Part shown: positions 1-14,723 of the stretch, one piece after another
Layout of the letters: every line of letters begins with the position of its first letter
How positions within the stretch are numbered: position 1 is the first letter of the stretch
Source: Spirogloea muscicola
Lineage: Eukaryota
Direction: 5' to 3'
DNA length: 64,000 nt
Assembly: GCA_009602725.1 (NCBI GenBank)
Contig: WELB01000026.1
Location: 221,990-285,989 of the forward strand
Translations under genes and position numbers: made by a program
Notes under the pieces: model-generated
The model's database searches: none
What the model was told of the DNA's origin: nothing
What the model saw: only the letters and a program-made list of their open reading frames with translations

Positions 1-151
1 TGCCTATGAAGTCTACAGTGCACGCCAACTCCAGCAGAGAGCATCCTTGGAGAACATTTCACTTGTTCATTTGCTAGAAGAATAATCAGTGGCTCCTGAC
101 TTGTGATAATCAAAGACTGGAAAATTTGCTGTAGCATTTGGTCAATGCTCA

Positions 152-746
152 CTAGGGGTCGAACGCCTCAGGTGGGGGTGGCACCAGGTTGATGCCGCGA
201 GTGTCGAGGAGCTGCACTAGCACCAGGTACGCAACACCAAGCAGCACAGCAATGACGCCGGTCACGATCGCCGTGGCCTGCCCCTTCTCGTCCTTGGCTG
301 CAACGCCTGGCGAGACTCGAGGAGCGACCAGTCAGTCACAATACCGATACTCACAACCTGCACATCCGCTGAGGCTAAATTGGCTTTGCTTATGCCAACG
401 GCCTTCCTGCAGGTTTTATACAGTGGGCGAGACGGCACCCACGCTTGCTGCTCGTGCTGCCGGTCGCCGGCTGAGCCGAGGGCGGCAGCGACGGCGGCGA
501 CGGCGACGGCGGCGGCGGAGGCTCGTCTGCAGCTGCCCTCGCCACGGGTCTGGCGTTCCCGTCCGGCGCTCTGGTCGCTGCAGCACCCCGTGGCAGCCTA
601 GACGACGGCCAGGGCGAGCCGCGTGTTGGCACACGGCTATGGCGCGCGGCGGGCCTGGCCCTCACCGTCGCCGGCGAGCGGCCGCGCCGCGGCGGCGCAC
701 CTTGCGGGCTCACCGAGGCGCCAGCGGAGTGAGCGAGGCTGGCCAT
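152..746 (-). CDS. Small putatively plastid-targeted single-TM protein (2 exons: 746-443, 306-152; ~152 aa)
   Basis: Exon 1 MASLAHSAGASVSPQ... is Ser/Ala/Arg-rich like a transit peptide. GTGGGT donor and CCAG acceptor join in frame. Exon 2 encodes VAAKDEKGQATAIVTGVIAVLLGVAYLVLVQLLDTRGINLVPPPPEAFDP*, which resembles (from memory) a small conserved cyanobacterial membrane protein. Confidence 0.7.
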
Positions 747-843
747 TCTCATCATCACGTTCACGGTTCGATTCGTGCAAACCCCATGGCGAGAGTCCTC
801 TTGCCGCAAGACCCCTAGCCTTAGACCCTCCGGCTCTGCGCCG

Positions 844-1027
844 GCTGCCAGCGCCGCGCCGCGCGCTCGGCGGCGGCGGCGGCGGCGGCGCCTCTCACGG
901 CAAGCGATGCCTGCTCGAGCGGCAGCCCTTGCGAGCTCGCGCTCCACACCGGCAGCTTGAGCTCCGCCGGGGCAGTGGCTGCGGCGCGAGCTTGCTTGCG
1001 GTTGGGCNGCTGCCAGCGCCGCGCGCT

Positions 1028-1059
<32 letters not shown>

Positions 1060-1166
1060 TCTTTCGCGCCTGCTCGAGCGGCAGCCCTCGCGAGCTCGCG
1101 CGGCAAACCGGCAGCTTGAGCTCCGCCGGGGCGGCGGCGGCGGCGCGAGCTTGCTTGCTATTGGGC
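844..1166. repeat. Diverged tandem duplication, two ~160-bp GC-rich copies (844-1007, 1009-1166) joined at a single N
   Basis: Both copies carry GCGCGCTCGG(CGG)n...GCCTGCTCGAGCGGCAGCCCT.GCGAGCTCGCG...ACCGGCAGCTTGAGCTCCGCCGGGG...GCGGCGCGAGCTTGCTTGC. Confidence 0.75.
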
Positions 1167-1348
1167 GGCCTTCTTGGCCGCGGCTGCTGCGGCAGCTGGC
1201 CACTATCGTTCCTTGGCGCCTCCGCGGCCGTCAGCGGCCGCGTGATTGGGGAAGCTCTTCAATGGCTCCCTTGCGCTCCGCCGAGTCCGCATCTCCCTCG
1301 TTGCCCACCTTAACGGAGCCCAGGTGACGCGCCTCGGCGCCTCTGCGC

Positions 1349-2072
1349 ATGGAGTTCTGCCCGACGTGCGGGAACATACTCCTCGTGGAGCACGCAGCGG
1401 GCCAGGGCGTGCGATTCTTCTGCCAGACGTGCCCCTTCATCTACAACATCGACAGGAAGGTGAGCAATGTAAAACTGCGCTGCCATGCGCAAGCATGCCA
1501 ATGGAGCCTGCCTCGAGCTTAGGCCTTTCGGTGCTTCTAGCCCCAACTCTTGGAGCATCTGAGCTGCACTTCAGCCCTGTTTTGATGTGATCATTGCTAA
1601 TCTAGACCACTGCATCCACACTGCGTTCGCCTCCGTTTGGCATATTGTTGATACTCATCCAAAGCCAGAGATCTGCCCACGTTGCCCACCCTGCAGCTGA
1701 GCAAGCGCCTGCAGTTAGTCAAGAAGGAGGTGGATGATGTCCTTGGCGGAGAAGAGGCCTGGAAGAACGTGGACCGCATCGAAGGTGCGACCTTCACTGA
1801 CCTGCTGCATGAGGCCCCAAGCTCAGGCTTGACTGGTGCAATATTTTGCCTTTTCGACTCGCGACGGAGCTCAGTGTGTGTGAAAGAATTAGATCTGGCA
1901 CTTACCATGCTAACCCCATGCTGTATGGTGACTTCGTGCAGTGACCTGTGAGAAATGCCAAAGTTCGGAGGCCTTCTTCATGCAAGTCCAAACTAGGTCT
2001 GCCGATGAGCCGATGACCACGTTCTACAAGTGCTGCAACCTGCCGTGCAGTTACCGGTGGAAGGAAGGATGA
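1349..2072 (+). CDS. RPC10: DNA-directed RNA polymerase III subunit RPC10 (C11), 3 exons: 1349-1459, 1697-1784, 1942-2072
   Basis: [12 protein letters not shown]...FFCQTCPF zinc ribbon; [19 protein letters not shown]-terminal TFIIS-like ribbon TCEKC...[21 protein letters not shown]. All introns GT-AG. Confidence 0.95.
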
Positions 2073-2357
2073 CGACATGACTCCTTATAGGTATATGACA
2101 CAGCACTGCACAAAGGGAAGCTGGACTTGGGAGGTCCTGCCCCTCGCTCGCGTGCTGCCTCCCTTTGCTGTCGAGCAGCATTACCATTGCTGTTATGACT
2201 TCATCGATAAGGTACTCTATCAAAGGTCATCATTAGATTGAAGTCATAATAGCTGGGATTGATAATCTAGGGTTGTAACATGGCCAAGTAAGAAGATGAA
2301 GACCTGAGCTCAACGCCCGCTTCATCTGATACTGGAATATCTGTGGAAGCTGTCTGG

Positions 2358-4671
2358 CTATGCAAGCACTGGAGTTTTGAGTTTGTCAAGTATTTGGTCG
2401 TCCAATGCAAATTTGATGTCTTTCTTATCGCGCCCACTATCAGTGTAAGCTTGATACCGCTGGTTCAGTGCCTCTTGCAGATCTGTCTTGTTTTCCCAAC
2501 CCAGCTTCTCTTTTGCTGCCTTTGGCTCAGAGTAGAAATGCTGCAAGATGCAAATGACTGGTCAGGAAAGAGATGTACCACAAGCGATTGGCCCTCTTGG
2601 CAATACGGCAGTCCAACTTGTGTGCAGAACACATCGGTAGCAGCGTGTATGTGCTGAGTTGTATGTGGTGGACTTAAAGAAGGCCAAGGTTGAGATGGCA
2701 TACCACATTGCGGAATGGAAAGGCTTTCTTGACGTCAACACCACACTCTTTGGGATCGTAGTGGACAATCTTGGCCTCTTTGCCCGCAGCTCTTGCACAC
2801 ATCTTGACAAAGCCATCCAGGGAGACAGCCCGGTCGCTGACACAGTTGAAAATGCCAACAGCAGCCTCAGGCTTCTCAACTGCCAGGGTCAGCATGTTGG
2901 CCAGATCAGACACGTGTGCGACAATGGTGAGCTGCATCCCCGAGCCCGGCACTGGAACCGGCCTGTCTCTCACAATTCCTGCAATCAAACAGGTCCAGAT
3001 CAGGTCCAGTCATGGTCGACGCCTGCAGAATCCTTTTGCTTATGTGCTTTGCAAGCACTTGGACAAGTGAAGGAGAGGTCTTGTTGGCAAGTAGCCCAAG
3101 AGTGGCCCAATGTATGTATTGTGTGTGTAGGGGCATCCGCAGACATGAGTCACACAAGGCATAAGGTGGTAGAGATGAGTGTACCACTAACTGCTGGGAT
3201 TGGGGCTTACTGTCAAAGAACCACTCCTCACAGTCCTTGTTATTGCCGTTGCCAGTCATATACTGTGGACGGAAACTGCCCCACTTATCAAATTGCTCCG
3301 ACAGATACTTCTCCACTAGCGCATGGCCAGAGTCCTCCTTGACTGGATCCTGCTAGAAGCACAGGATAGGGTAAGCGAAGTCGCTGCAGCTAGCCATGAG
3401 GCCATTGGCCAGGTGCACACCACATAATGTCAAGGCTAACCCCTTGTTCAAGAATTCAAGCACTTGATACACAAGCATGTGCTAGCACGCAAGCTTGCTC
3501 ATCAGGCACTTTCAGGGGATTTGCACGTGACAGGACAAGATGACGCACCCCCTCAATAAAAGGGGGCTCATCAGTGCCCTTGTATATGCCAGCACTGCTA
3601 ATGAACAGAAATTGCTCCACACCCGATGCCTTGGCCCAGTCAGCAACCGGTCTGCTTTGAAGAAGGAAAACCATCAGCGGTGCACGGAGCACACCTCCAG
3701 CCCTCTTCTTGAGGGCAATGACCAGTGCCAGAGTGCATATGACATGGTCATGGGACATCAGATATGTTGCCATTGGTAAAAGATGTGCCTCCTTCGAACT
3801 CTTTCGAACTTACGCTGGCCTTGATGACCAGCATTGACTGCAAGCTGACACACAGGCGATCAGGAGCAGTCCAACACTACCAAGTCAGCAAGGATAATGG
3901 AATGACCCGTTATGAGGTGCTCACTGGACAGCTTCCATATCCTTCCCGTTGTTGTCCAGGACAACGTCAAATTTGTTCGAGCCAAGAACATCGCCAATGT
4001 TGCTGGGATCTCCCCAGACGGTTTTCACACCAGCATCGCGCAACTCCTGCAGGCTTGCAATGCACAAGGAGCAATGTGAGATGCACGATGAGCAAGTGAC
4101 TCATCTCCTACACCTGCGAAGTGGCTAAACCACAAACCCTCACAAGCAAATGCTCAAAGTATGAAGATGTGAAGTAAATCGTCCAGATTGATGCAACTCT
4201 CAGCTGAGACCTGTAACAGTAAACGAGGCCGACACGCATCACCCCATGTTATCACGGCAATCTTACCGAGAACTTGGAGAAGGGGGGCTTCTTCATCTTG
4301 TCAGAAGCCTCCTCGCCGACCGTCATGATGGTCACAGAGTGTCCGCTGGTCTGCAGCTGGCGCGCCAGCCAGAACCCGATCACGGCGTGGCCCCCGGAGT
4401 TGGTGTTCACGATCAGCACCTCCCTGGCCGCTGCCTCGACGCGGAGCGCGCCGGGGGGCAGCCTCCGCGCGGCGTGCTTGACGGCGGCCCTCTGCGGAAG
4501 GGCGGAGACCCCGAACGACAGGCCCGAGGACAGGGCGGCGGCTCTTGAGGCGGGGCTGAGGCCGCATTGCCGGGGAGAGGCGAGCGCCGCGGCCCTGCCG
4601 GATCCGCGGGCAAGCTTGCTCCCGGCGGCGGCTGCGGCGGCGGCGGCGGCGGCGGCGGCCATGGTCGCCAT
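2358..4671 (-). CDS. CSP41A: Chloroplast stem-loop binding protein of 41 kDa a (SDR/epimerase fold), multi-exon
   Basis: Ala-rich transit peptide, then [22 protein letters not shown]...[66 protein letters not shown]. Confidence 0.93.
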
Positions 4672-4749
4672 GCCGCGCGCAGGGCCCGGAGCTCGCTCGG
4701 GAATGACCAGCGGCGGGGATAAGGGAGAGGATTGAAATGGAAGAATGGA

Positions 4750-4835
4750 AATGCGGCTGCCTGACAATAAAGGAGCGGCTGTAAAAGCCAGCCAGGTGCA
4801 CACAGAGGGCGTCCTTATATCTAATAAGTGGAGCC
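4750..4835 (+). repeat. Dispersed ~90-bp element, copy A (CSP41A/SAHH divergent promoter)
   Basis: AATGCGGCTGC...GAGCGGCTGTAAAAGCCAGCCAGGTGCACACAGAGGG...AAGTGGAGCC; matches copies at 10450, 10679 (minus), 12004 and 48889. Confidence 0.8.
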
Positions 4836-5232
4836 TATTTATGTCAGTGGGTCTGGTCGCGGGACCCCGCTAGGCCAGCCTGTGGCTGGAATGGGGTCGC
4901 CGCCAACGGACACGCCACGACGGTATCGTCGGCGTCGGTGCCCCCGTTCCGTCACCTCCCGTCGGGGCTGGGGCGCAGGCCTGGCCACGAGGCGCCCCCC
5001 CCCTCCTCCTCCGTTTCCGTGCGCAGATGAATCGGGGCGACGGCCGGCTCGTAGCCGTGACCGGGCCACCCCCGCCGCATCGCCATAGCCACAGAAATCG
5101 AATATATCGACTCGCTTGAAACGGCGGCCCGCCAACGGGTGGCTTCCCGCCCCGCTCGGACCGAGCCCTCAGCGATTGCTGTGCCTTCGAAGCAAGGCAC
5201 CTCCCCCGCCGCCGCCGCCGCCGCCGCCCGCC

Positions 5233-8334
<3,102 letters not shown>

Positions 8335-9053
8335 GAGAGCAGAGCATGGTCGCTTGCACATGCAGCAGGTGTTTGTATGGCAGAAGGCCGGTGCAAGTAG
8401 CGGCTGTAGCCTTTGATACGATTTGTTGATTTTTTGGCCACTCTCTGGACGAGATCCACCTACCTTTACACCGCTCCTTGCAATAATGCAACCATGATAT
8501 AGTAGTTTGGGGTGCCCCTTTAGTCATTGGTGGCTCATGCAGACACATGCTATTACTGTTGCTTGGAAATTGCATGGAGTGCAGTAATTGAGTTGCATTC
8601 TCTGACAAGAGCTTCCAGTCGATGGGCAGCAACAACGTCCATGCAGCCATTGTAGCTGTGTATGGCAGCTCCTCGCTAATCAATTTGCTGGCCCGCTCTA
8701 TATTCAAACAGCCGCAGTGCTGGCGTGATCAGCGTCATAGAGCCTCAACACTCAGGTGCTCCGTCAAGTTCGGACATATGTCCAGCAATCTTGTTGGCTG
8801 ATAGTGGTACATGCCGAACCTTGGAGAAAGCATACACATCGAGAGTCCCTCCTATGTCAAGCTTGCTGAGCTTGTCATGAGACTGACTGGAAGCTCTTCA
8901 ATGTTGTTCGGCTACAGCAGCATTTCAGAGCATTTTGAAGGTGCTCTTTGGCTCTGCTATCCTTACTGCTCTGACATGTGTATAATGAGCAACTCTCTGA
9001 GCACGGGCGCCGGGTGGATGTGCGTGTATCCCTACTACCCAAGTGGTGGGCGT

Positions 9054-10379
9054 TCATTTCTGGATTGCGCGGCGGAAGGATGCAATCTGCTGCGACGTGG
9101 TGATGCCAACGGAGGCTAGGATGCGCAGGCAGAGCTCGATGAGGAAGAGCAGGAGGAGCCATAGCGTGGAGGAGAAGGCGTCCGCACCCAGGCTGCTGAA
9201 CACCGCCAACGAGCGGGGGCACCACCGCCTCGCCTCCATTGACAGCCGGCTCCAGCCCAGCTGCAGCTGCACAGACAGGCCAAGAATTGGACTCATGAGC
9301 GTGCAGGGCAATGCTGATGGTGCCATCTAGTAGCACTGGCCGCATCCTATTGGCAAGAGGAGCAACTGCAGCTGCGTGGTCACCAGGCTTTGGAAGCTGC
9401 GGTGGAATTGCGAGCCAAAGGCATCATTCAGCGGGTGTGTGCTGCTGGCCAGGCAGCTCCGGACGAGCTCGACAATCTGCGGCGCAGGGCAGGGGCGAGA
9501 GCACAGCGGTCGGAGACGAGTTTCTGACAGCGTAGACAGCTGTTGCCAATTGGCCATTGCTCATCTGCCGAAAGCTGGCCATGTATCGATTGATATCGGG
9601 ATCCTCAATCTATCACAAGATAAGGCGCAGGTGTCGCCGCCTCGCTCACCATGTCCCGGCTGACCTCCATGGCCACGGCCCTGGGCGGCCCGGCGCCGTA
9701 GCCGCCATCGCCGGCACCGCCGCCGCCCTGCAGCTGGAGCAGGAGGTCGAGCGTTGCACGGCTCTTGAGGAAGATTTGCAGGTCGTCGGTGATGATGTAG
9801 CGCTCGCTCGGCAGCGACGCGGAGGCGCCGCCGCCGCCGTCGTCGTTGCCACCGCCGTCGTCGTCGCCGCCGCCGTCGTCGCCGTCGTCGTCGTTGTCGC
9901 GGCCGCCCATGTCCGTGCCGGCGGAGGCGGACCAGCTGTCCTCGAACGAGGCGCCGCTGTCCGACGAGCCGCCGCTCTCGCCGCCGCCGCCGCCGCCAAC
10001 CCAGTCGCATGGCCGCTCCAGCGGCACGCCGTGCACGGGGCAGGCGCGCCCGGGCGTGGCGGTGACGCTGCGGNNNNNNNNNNNNNNNNNNNNNNNNNNN
10101 NNNNNNNNNNNNNNNNNNNNNNNNNNNNNNNNNNNNNNNNNNNNNNNNNNNNNNNNNNNNNNNNNNNNNNNNNNNNNNNNNNNNNNNNNNNNNNNNNNNN
10201 NNNNNNNNNNNNNNNNNNNNNNNNNNNNNNNNNNNNNNNNNNNNNNNNNNNNNNNNNNNNNNNNNNNNNNNNNNNNNNNNNNNNNNNNNNNNNNNNNNNN
10301 NNNNNNNNNNNNNNNNNNNNNNNNNNCCGCCGCCGTGCAGCAGCACGCCGATCGGCGGCGGCGCGCCCCCGCCGTCCAT
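9054..10379 (-). CDS. DUF674-like plant protein, interrupted by an assembly gap; exact ends uncertain
   Basis: RYIITDDLQIF...EVSRDM spliced (GTGAGC...CGCAG) to IVELVRSCLASSTHPLNDAF, resembling the DUF674 C-terminal motifs. A possible hydrophobic last exon ends at 9054. Confidence 0.55.
10074..10326. other. Assembly gap (Ns)
   Basis: Run of N. Confidence 1.
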
Positions 10380-10449
10380 GGCGGCGGCGGCGGCGGCGGC
10401 CAGGCCTCCGCGAGCTGCGGGAGAGGGCGACTGCAGGCGGGCGAAGGAG

Positions 10450-10544
10450 AATGCGGCTTGCCGTTAATTAAAATGAGCGGCTGGTAAAGCCGCCAGGTGC
10501 CAAACAGAAGGCTGCTCATGATCATACCATAGCGGAGCCACAGG
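10450..10544 (+). repeat. Dispersed ~90-bp element, copy B
   Basis: AATGCGGCTTGC...GAGCGGCTGGTAAAGCCGCCAGGTGCCAAACAGAAGG...CATAGCGGAGCCACAGG. Confidence 0.75.
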
Positions 10545-10678
10545 GGGGAGGTGGGGGCGGCGCGCGGGGCCCACGTCGTGGGTCCCAACGACATGCGCCC
10601 GTCTCGTTCCCCACGTAGCCGTCCCATCTCCCGCCGCCCCCCCCGTCACCTGGCCCCCGCGTCGGACGGGCCTTCTTA

Positions 10679-10766
10679 TCCGCTAATCTCGTCATGGACA
10701 CCCTCCGTATGCACCTGGCTGGCTGGGCTTTTCTTTGCAGCCGCTCTTTCAATCAGCAGCCACATT
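10679..10766 (-). repeat. Dispersed ~90-bp element, copy E (inverted)
   Basis: Reverse complement reads AATGTGGCTGCTGATTGAAAGAGCGGCTGC...CAGCCAGGTGCATACGGAGGGTGTCCATGACGAGATTAGCGGA, very close to copy C. Confidence 0.8.
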
Positions 10767-10884
10767 ACATGTTCATTTCATGTCCCCATCCGCGTCGACG
10801 AACTCGAGCCGCTCCCCGTCGCCACCTGCAGTCAACATCCTGAACCCCTGCCTGCGCGAGCACTGAGCCGGGCCACTGGCTTGC

Positions 10885-11075
10885 GGGTTGGTGCTCCGGC
10901 GCCCCACATGAGTCTTGGCAGATATGTAGGTGCTCACTCGTGGGTACCAGAGTCCCCTTTTATTTTGTCCTTTCGTTCTTGTTACCTTAGCCCCTGTTGG
11001 ATGTCATTCGCTCTTCTTACATAGTGTACTGGATTGCTTTGGCCTCCTTTCATGCGCACCGCGCGCCTTCGCTCC
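10885..11075. repeat. Second dispersed repeat family, homologous to 60575-60810
   Basis: Exact 19-mer GTGCTCACTCGTGGGTACC at 10930 and 60616, plus shared TTTCATGCGCACYGCGCGCCYTCGC in the same order. Confidence 0.7.
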
Positions 11076-11159
11076 TGCCATCTACCCCTCGGCTCTAGGC
11101 GGTGCAACTCCTCATCTGCATCCAGCCCTTGTGTATTCCTTTGTGCTGCCCTCTCACAG

Positions 11160-11700
11160 CTCTCGGGCTGGCTTTTCACAGCCCTCGCCGCCTTTGGATG
11201 AGCTTACTTTCTCACAGCCAAATGCCTTACATTTAGAGAGCTATTTCTTCCCTGCTAAATCTCTCTGACTTTGCAGCTGCTGACTAAGGACTTACTGAGC
11301 AGGCAACCTTACTGGATTCCACGTTTCCCGGCTCCTCTGGACCTTGTTCATTCTTCTGTGGGCTAGCTTTCGCAGCCCTTGCCCCTTTTGAAAGAGCTGC
11401 TTCTCCTTAGACCTTGTGAGTTCCTTGTGAGAAGACTCACTCCGACCTGTCTTGGCCGTGTTCACTTTTTCGTAGGCAGGATTCTGACAACCTTCGCCCC
11501 TTCTTAAGGAAGCTGCTTTTCATCTGGGCTGGCCTTTCAGAGCCCTGCTTTCCTGGGTGGTATACGCTTTCAGACTCCTTCGAATCTTGTCCATGCTTGT
11601 ATGATTTGCATTTCACAGCCCTCTCTCCCTTGGGAGTAGCTGCTTCTTCCACAGCCCTCATCCCTTGTAGGAAGAACTGCTTCATCCAAGCCTTCTCTGT
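11160..11700. repeat. Degenerate array of ~35-bp units containing GGGCTGGCTTTTCACAGCCC-like cores
   Basis: Recurrent TTCACAGCCCT...GAGCTGCTTC-like units at ~11165, 11360, 11526, 11610 and 11645. Confidence 0.55.
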
Positions 11701-12003
11701 TGGCCGCGGTCTCATCCCCACACTTCAAGCCCCGCCGTCGCAGCTTCCACCTCAATGGAGGCCAGGCCATGCCGGTGTGAGGTCCCAGGTTGCTCTTCCT
11801 CACCACGGCAAGCAGTCATTCACACGTTCGCTGCGAGCTGGCGAGCAGCCACATGCAAAGCTCATATATTACTCAGCACACACGCTTCAGCGGCACCCCC
11901 TTGGCTCCCCTGAAAGCAACTTGAGTTGGTCATGATGCACTTCCTAACGATCGGCGTCACGAAGACATCGCCCTTTGCTATGACGGATGTGAGGACGGCA
12001 GAG

Positions 12004-12065
12004 AAGTGGCTGCTAATATTCAGGGGCGGCTGTAAGAGCCAGCCGAGTGCATAAGTGGGAGTGCT
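12004..12065 (+). repeat. Dispersed element, partial copy D
   Basis: AAGTGGCTGCTAATATTCAGGGGCGGCTGTAAGAGCCAGCCGAGTGCA. Confidence 0.6.
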
Positions 12066-12119
12066 AAAGTGCCTCCTTTCTACGCGAACCTGCAGGCTGG
12101 GCAGCCGTCGTATACGAAG

Positions 12120-12460
12120 GAAAGTATAATTTTCATTGCACATATTCAATCTACTTACAGTAATACAACTATTACAGCAATAGATTCTCAGGGAAACTTG
12201 GTCCTCTGCAGGTTCTGTGGGGTTCACAGGATCTCGTCGTTCCACTAATTATGCAGCTCAAGCTGCAGCAGAAATTGTAGCGCGTGCTGCTATTCAATCA
12301 GGCATTCAATCGGTTGAAGTACGCATCAAAGGATTAGGTTATGGTGCTCCCAGTGCCTTACAGGGCTTGCAGTTGGCAGGCTTGACGATCACGAAGATAT
12401 GTGACAGTACACCCATAGCACACAATGGATGTCGTCCACCTTAAAAACGTAGTGTTTCAT
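12120..12460 (+). pseudogene. rps11: Mitochondrial rps11 fragment (NUMT), frameshifted, with a premature stop
   Basis: IAHIQSTYSNTTITAIDSQGN / frameshift / WSSAGSVGFTGSRRSTNYAAQAAAE...KGLGYG...TPIAHNGCRPP*KRSV. AT-rich organellar codon usage, no introns. Confidence 0.88.
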
Positions 12461-12503
12461 CTCCTATGATCATTGTTTCAGAAGAAAAACAACCAGACCT
12501 CTT

Positions 12504-12720
12504 ATGTTAGAAGGTGCAATGATAATAGGAGCTGGAGCTGCAACTATCCCTTTAGCTGGAGCTGCTGTTGGTATAAGGAACGTATTTAGTTCTCTTATAA
12601 TTTCAGTAGCAAGTAAATCCATCTTTGGCTAAACAATTATATAGATGTGCTACTTTGGGTTTTGCTTTGACTGAAGCAATTGCTCTGTTTGCTATGATTT
12701 TTGATTTTATTCGTATTCTG
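12504..12720 (+). pseudogene. atp9: Mitochondrial atp9 (ATP synthase subunit c) fragment (NUMT), frameshifted
   Basis: [37 protein letters not shown] / +1 / [27 protein letters not shown] / deletion / FLILFVF. Confidence 0.9.
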
Positions 12721-13925
12721 TTTTTTTCAAGGGCCTGTCAGTACCCCTCTGTCGGCGGTAGGAAGTGAGATGAGCTGAGGGAAAAGATACGAACCTCGCT
12801 GCGGAAGCCAGAGGCTGCTGCAAGGGCCGGCTTGGTGGGGTAAGGCAAGCGATTGGGACCACTGAAGGAACCTTGAAAATTTCGTCCAATAGCACGTCCA
12901 GACCCAAAGGCACTAACTCTCCAGGTGGGCGAAGTCTACGGAAGGTTAATCAGCTAGGAGAAACTTGGCTTGAGCTGCTATCAACATGGCATACCTGCAG
13001 TTCAAAGGACGCAGCAATACACAAGGTGTGTCTTCAAGATGGCAGTTCTTACATTTTGCTTGTGATATGCAGGCCTACATATTGCTGTACACTGCATCTG
13101 CAACCAGGGTACAAATTGAACCAGCATCTGTAGCCAGTCCATCTGACGATTGGGGACCAAAACTCTCAGCGTCTGATCTCTATTAAGCTGCTGGCTAGCA
13201 TTGGCAAATCGCCAGTAGGACGACAGGTCAAAGTTCATAAGGGCCCCAAATGCTGGTGCAGCTTGCCAAACGCCCCACTTTCAGCCGTCTTCACCCAAAG
13301 CGCTCTCTTTCATAGCCACTGAGGAAATGTTACAAAATTCCCCTAACAGGCATCTGCTCCAGTGCCACATCAAGACTGCAAGCACGCAGCACTGTGATCT
13401 GAAAATGTGATTGCACAGAGTTGTGTTGCTTGCTACCAGTGAAGCGCCTACGCTGCCCGGCATCACAATGTGAGACGCAGCAGGAAGGACTCTGATGAAT
13501 GATTCTACGTAGACATTGGAGTGGGGATATCCCAAACCGAAACGAGGGTGTAGATGTATCAGCAATTGCCTTAAAGATGGAACGCACACTGAGTTGCTCT
13601 ACTAAAAATTGGTCGAATGCGCGCAACGGCATTGAAGGACAATGTCTTTGATGTATATGATATCGGAATCCCAGCCCTGGCTAGGCCTGATCCTCACGCT
13701 GGACAGGTCATTGCCGCCAGGACGGCGACAAAGGCCATGCACGCAAGCGCGGGCACCGTCTGCTTTCACCGGATCAAAGGCCTGCCCAAAGAATCGACAT
13801 CGCTGCCGACGCAGCTAGCCCGCACAACATCGCCTCATCGCCTCAACCTCCTAAAACCCTACACACTACCAGTATGTGGGCAACACGATGACAAGCCATC
13901 TGGCGCATGGCCCCCTCGGTCCCGG

Positions 13926-14117
13926 TCACTTGCCGCCCCCGGCGGTCGGGCCGCCCGCCGTCGCGCCGGCCTTGCGGGCCGCCTTCTCCTGCAGCGCCTT
14001 GGCGTCGCGCTCCCGGCGCTGCAGCGGCGTGAGCCCGTCGTCCCTCTTCGGGCCCGCCGCGGCGGCGCAGGCCGCCGCGCGCTTGCGGTCCACCTCGCGT
14101 TGGTTGCCCCTCGTCAT
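13926..14117 (-). CDS. SERF: Small EDRK-rich factor (SERF/4F5 family), 63 aa, single exon
   Basis: MTRGNQREVDRKRA...DDGLTPLQRRERDAKALQEKAARK. Confidence 0.9.
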   Translation of the reverse strand: MTRGNQREVDRKRAAACAAAAGPKRDDGLTPLQRRERDAKALQEKAARKAGATAGGPTAGGGK

Positions 14118-14158
14118 AGCGCCCCGCCGAGCCGCCGCGCAGGCGGACGCTGGAAGTC

Positions 14159-14191
<33 letters not shown>

Positions 14192-14723
14192 NNNNNNNNN
14201 NNNNNNNNNNNNNNNNNNNNNNNNNNNNNNNNNNNNNNNNNNNNNNNNNNNNNNNNNNNNNNNNNNNNNNNNNNNNNNNNNNNNNNNNNNNNNNNNNNNN
14301 NNNNNNNNNNNNNNNNNNNNNNNNNNNNNNNNNNNNNNNNNNNNNNNNNNNNNNNNNNNNNNNNNNNNNNNNNNNNNNNNNNNNNNNNNNNNNNNNNNNN
14401 NNNNNNNNNNNNNNNNNNNNNNNNNNNNNNNNNNNNNNNNNNNNNNNNNNNNNNNNNNNNNNNNNNNNNNNNNNNNNNNNNNNNNNNNNNNNNNNNNNNN
14501 NNNNNNNNNNNNNNNNNNNNNNNNNNNNNNNNNNNNNNNNNNNNNNNNNNNNNNNNNNNNNNNNNNNNNNNNNNNNNNNNNNNNNNNNNNNNNNNNNNNN
14601 NNNNNNNNNNNNNNNNNNNNNNNNNNNNNNNNNNNNNNNNNNNNNNNNNNNNNNNNNNNNNNNNNNNNNNNNNNNNNNNNNNNNNNNNNNNNNNNNNNNN
14701 NNNNNNNNNNNNNNNNNNNNNNN
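14192..14723. other. Assembly gap (Ns), preceded by a poly-T run
   Basis: Run of N. Confidence 1.

Noticed and set aside
4770..4812. Twister-ribozyme resemblance of the dispersed element (stem-UAAAAGC-stem...GAGGG)
   Set aside because: The loop cannot form the required pseudoknot with the downstream GGG, and the loop sequence is not conserved among copies.
11160..11700. CRISPR-like array
   Set aside because: Units are degenerate and irregular, there are no unique spacers or cas genes, and the context is eukaryotic.
12217..12444. Functional nuclear-transferred rps11
   Set aside because: Frameshift, premature stop, no presequence, and an adjacent broken atp9.
12720..13620. Short ORFs downstream of the NUMT
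   Set aside because: No recognisable motif or consistent exon chain.
14160..14191. Poly-A/T as a retrocopy tail for SERF
   Set aside because: It lies upstream of the SERF start rather than at the 3' end, and it abuts a gap.
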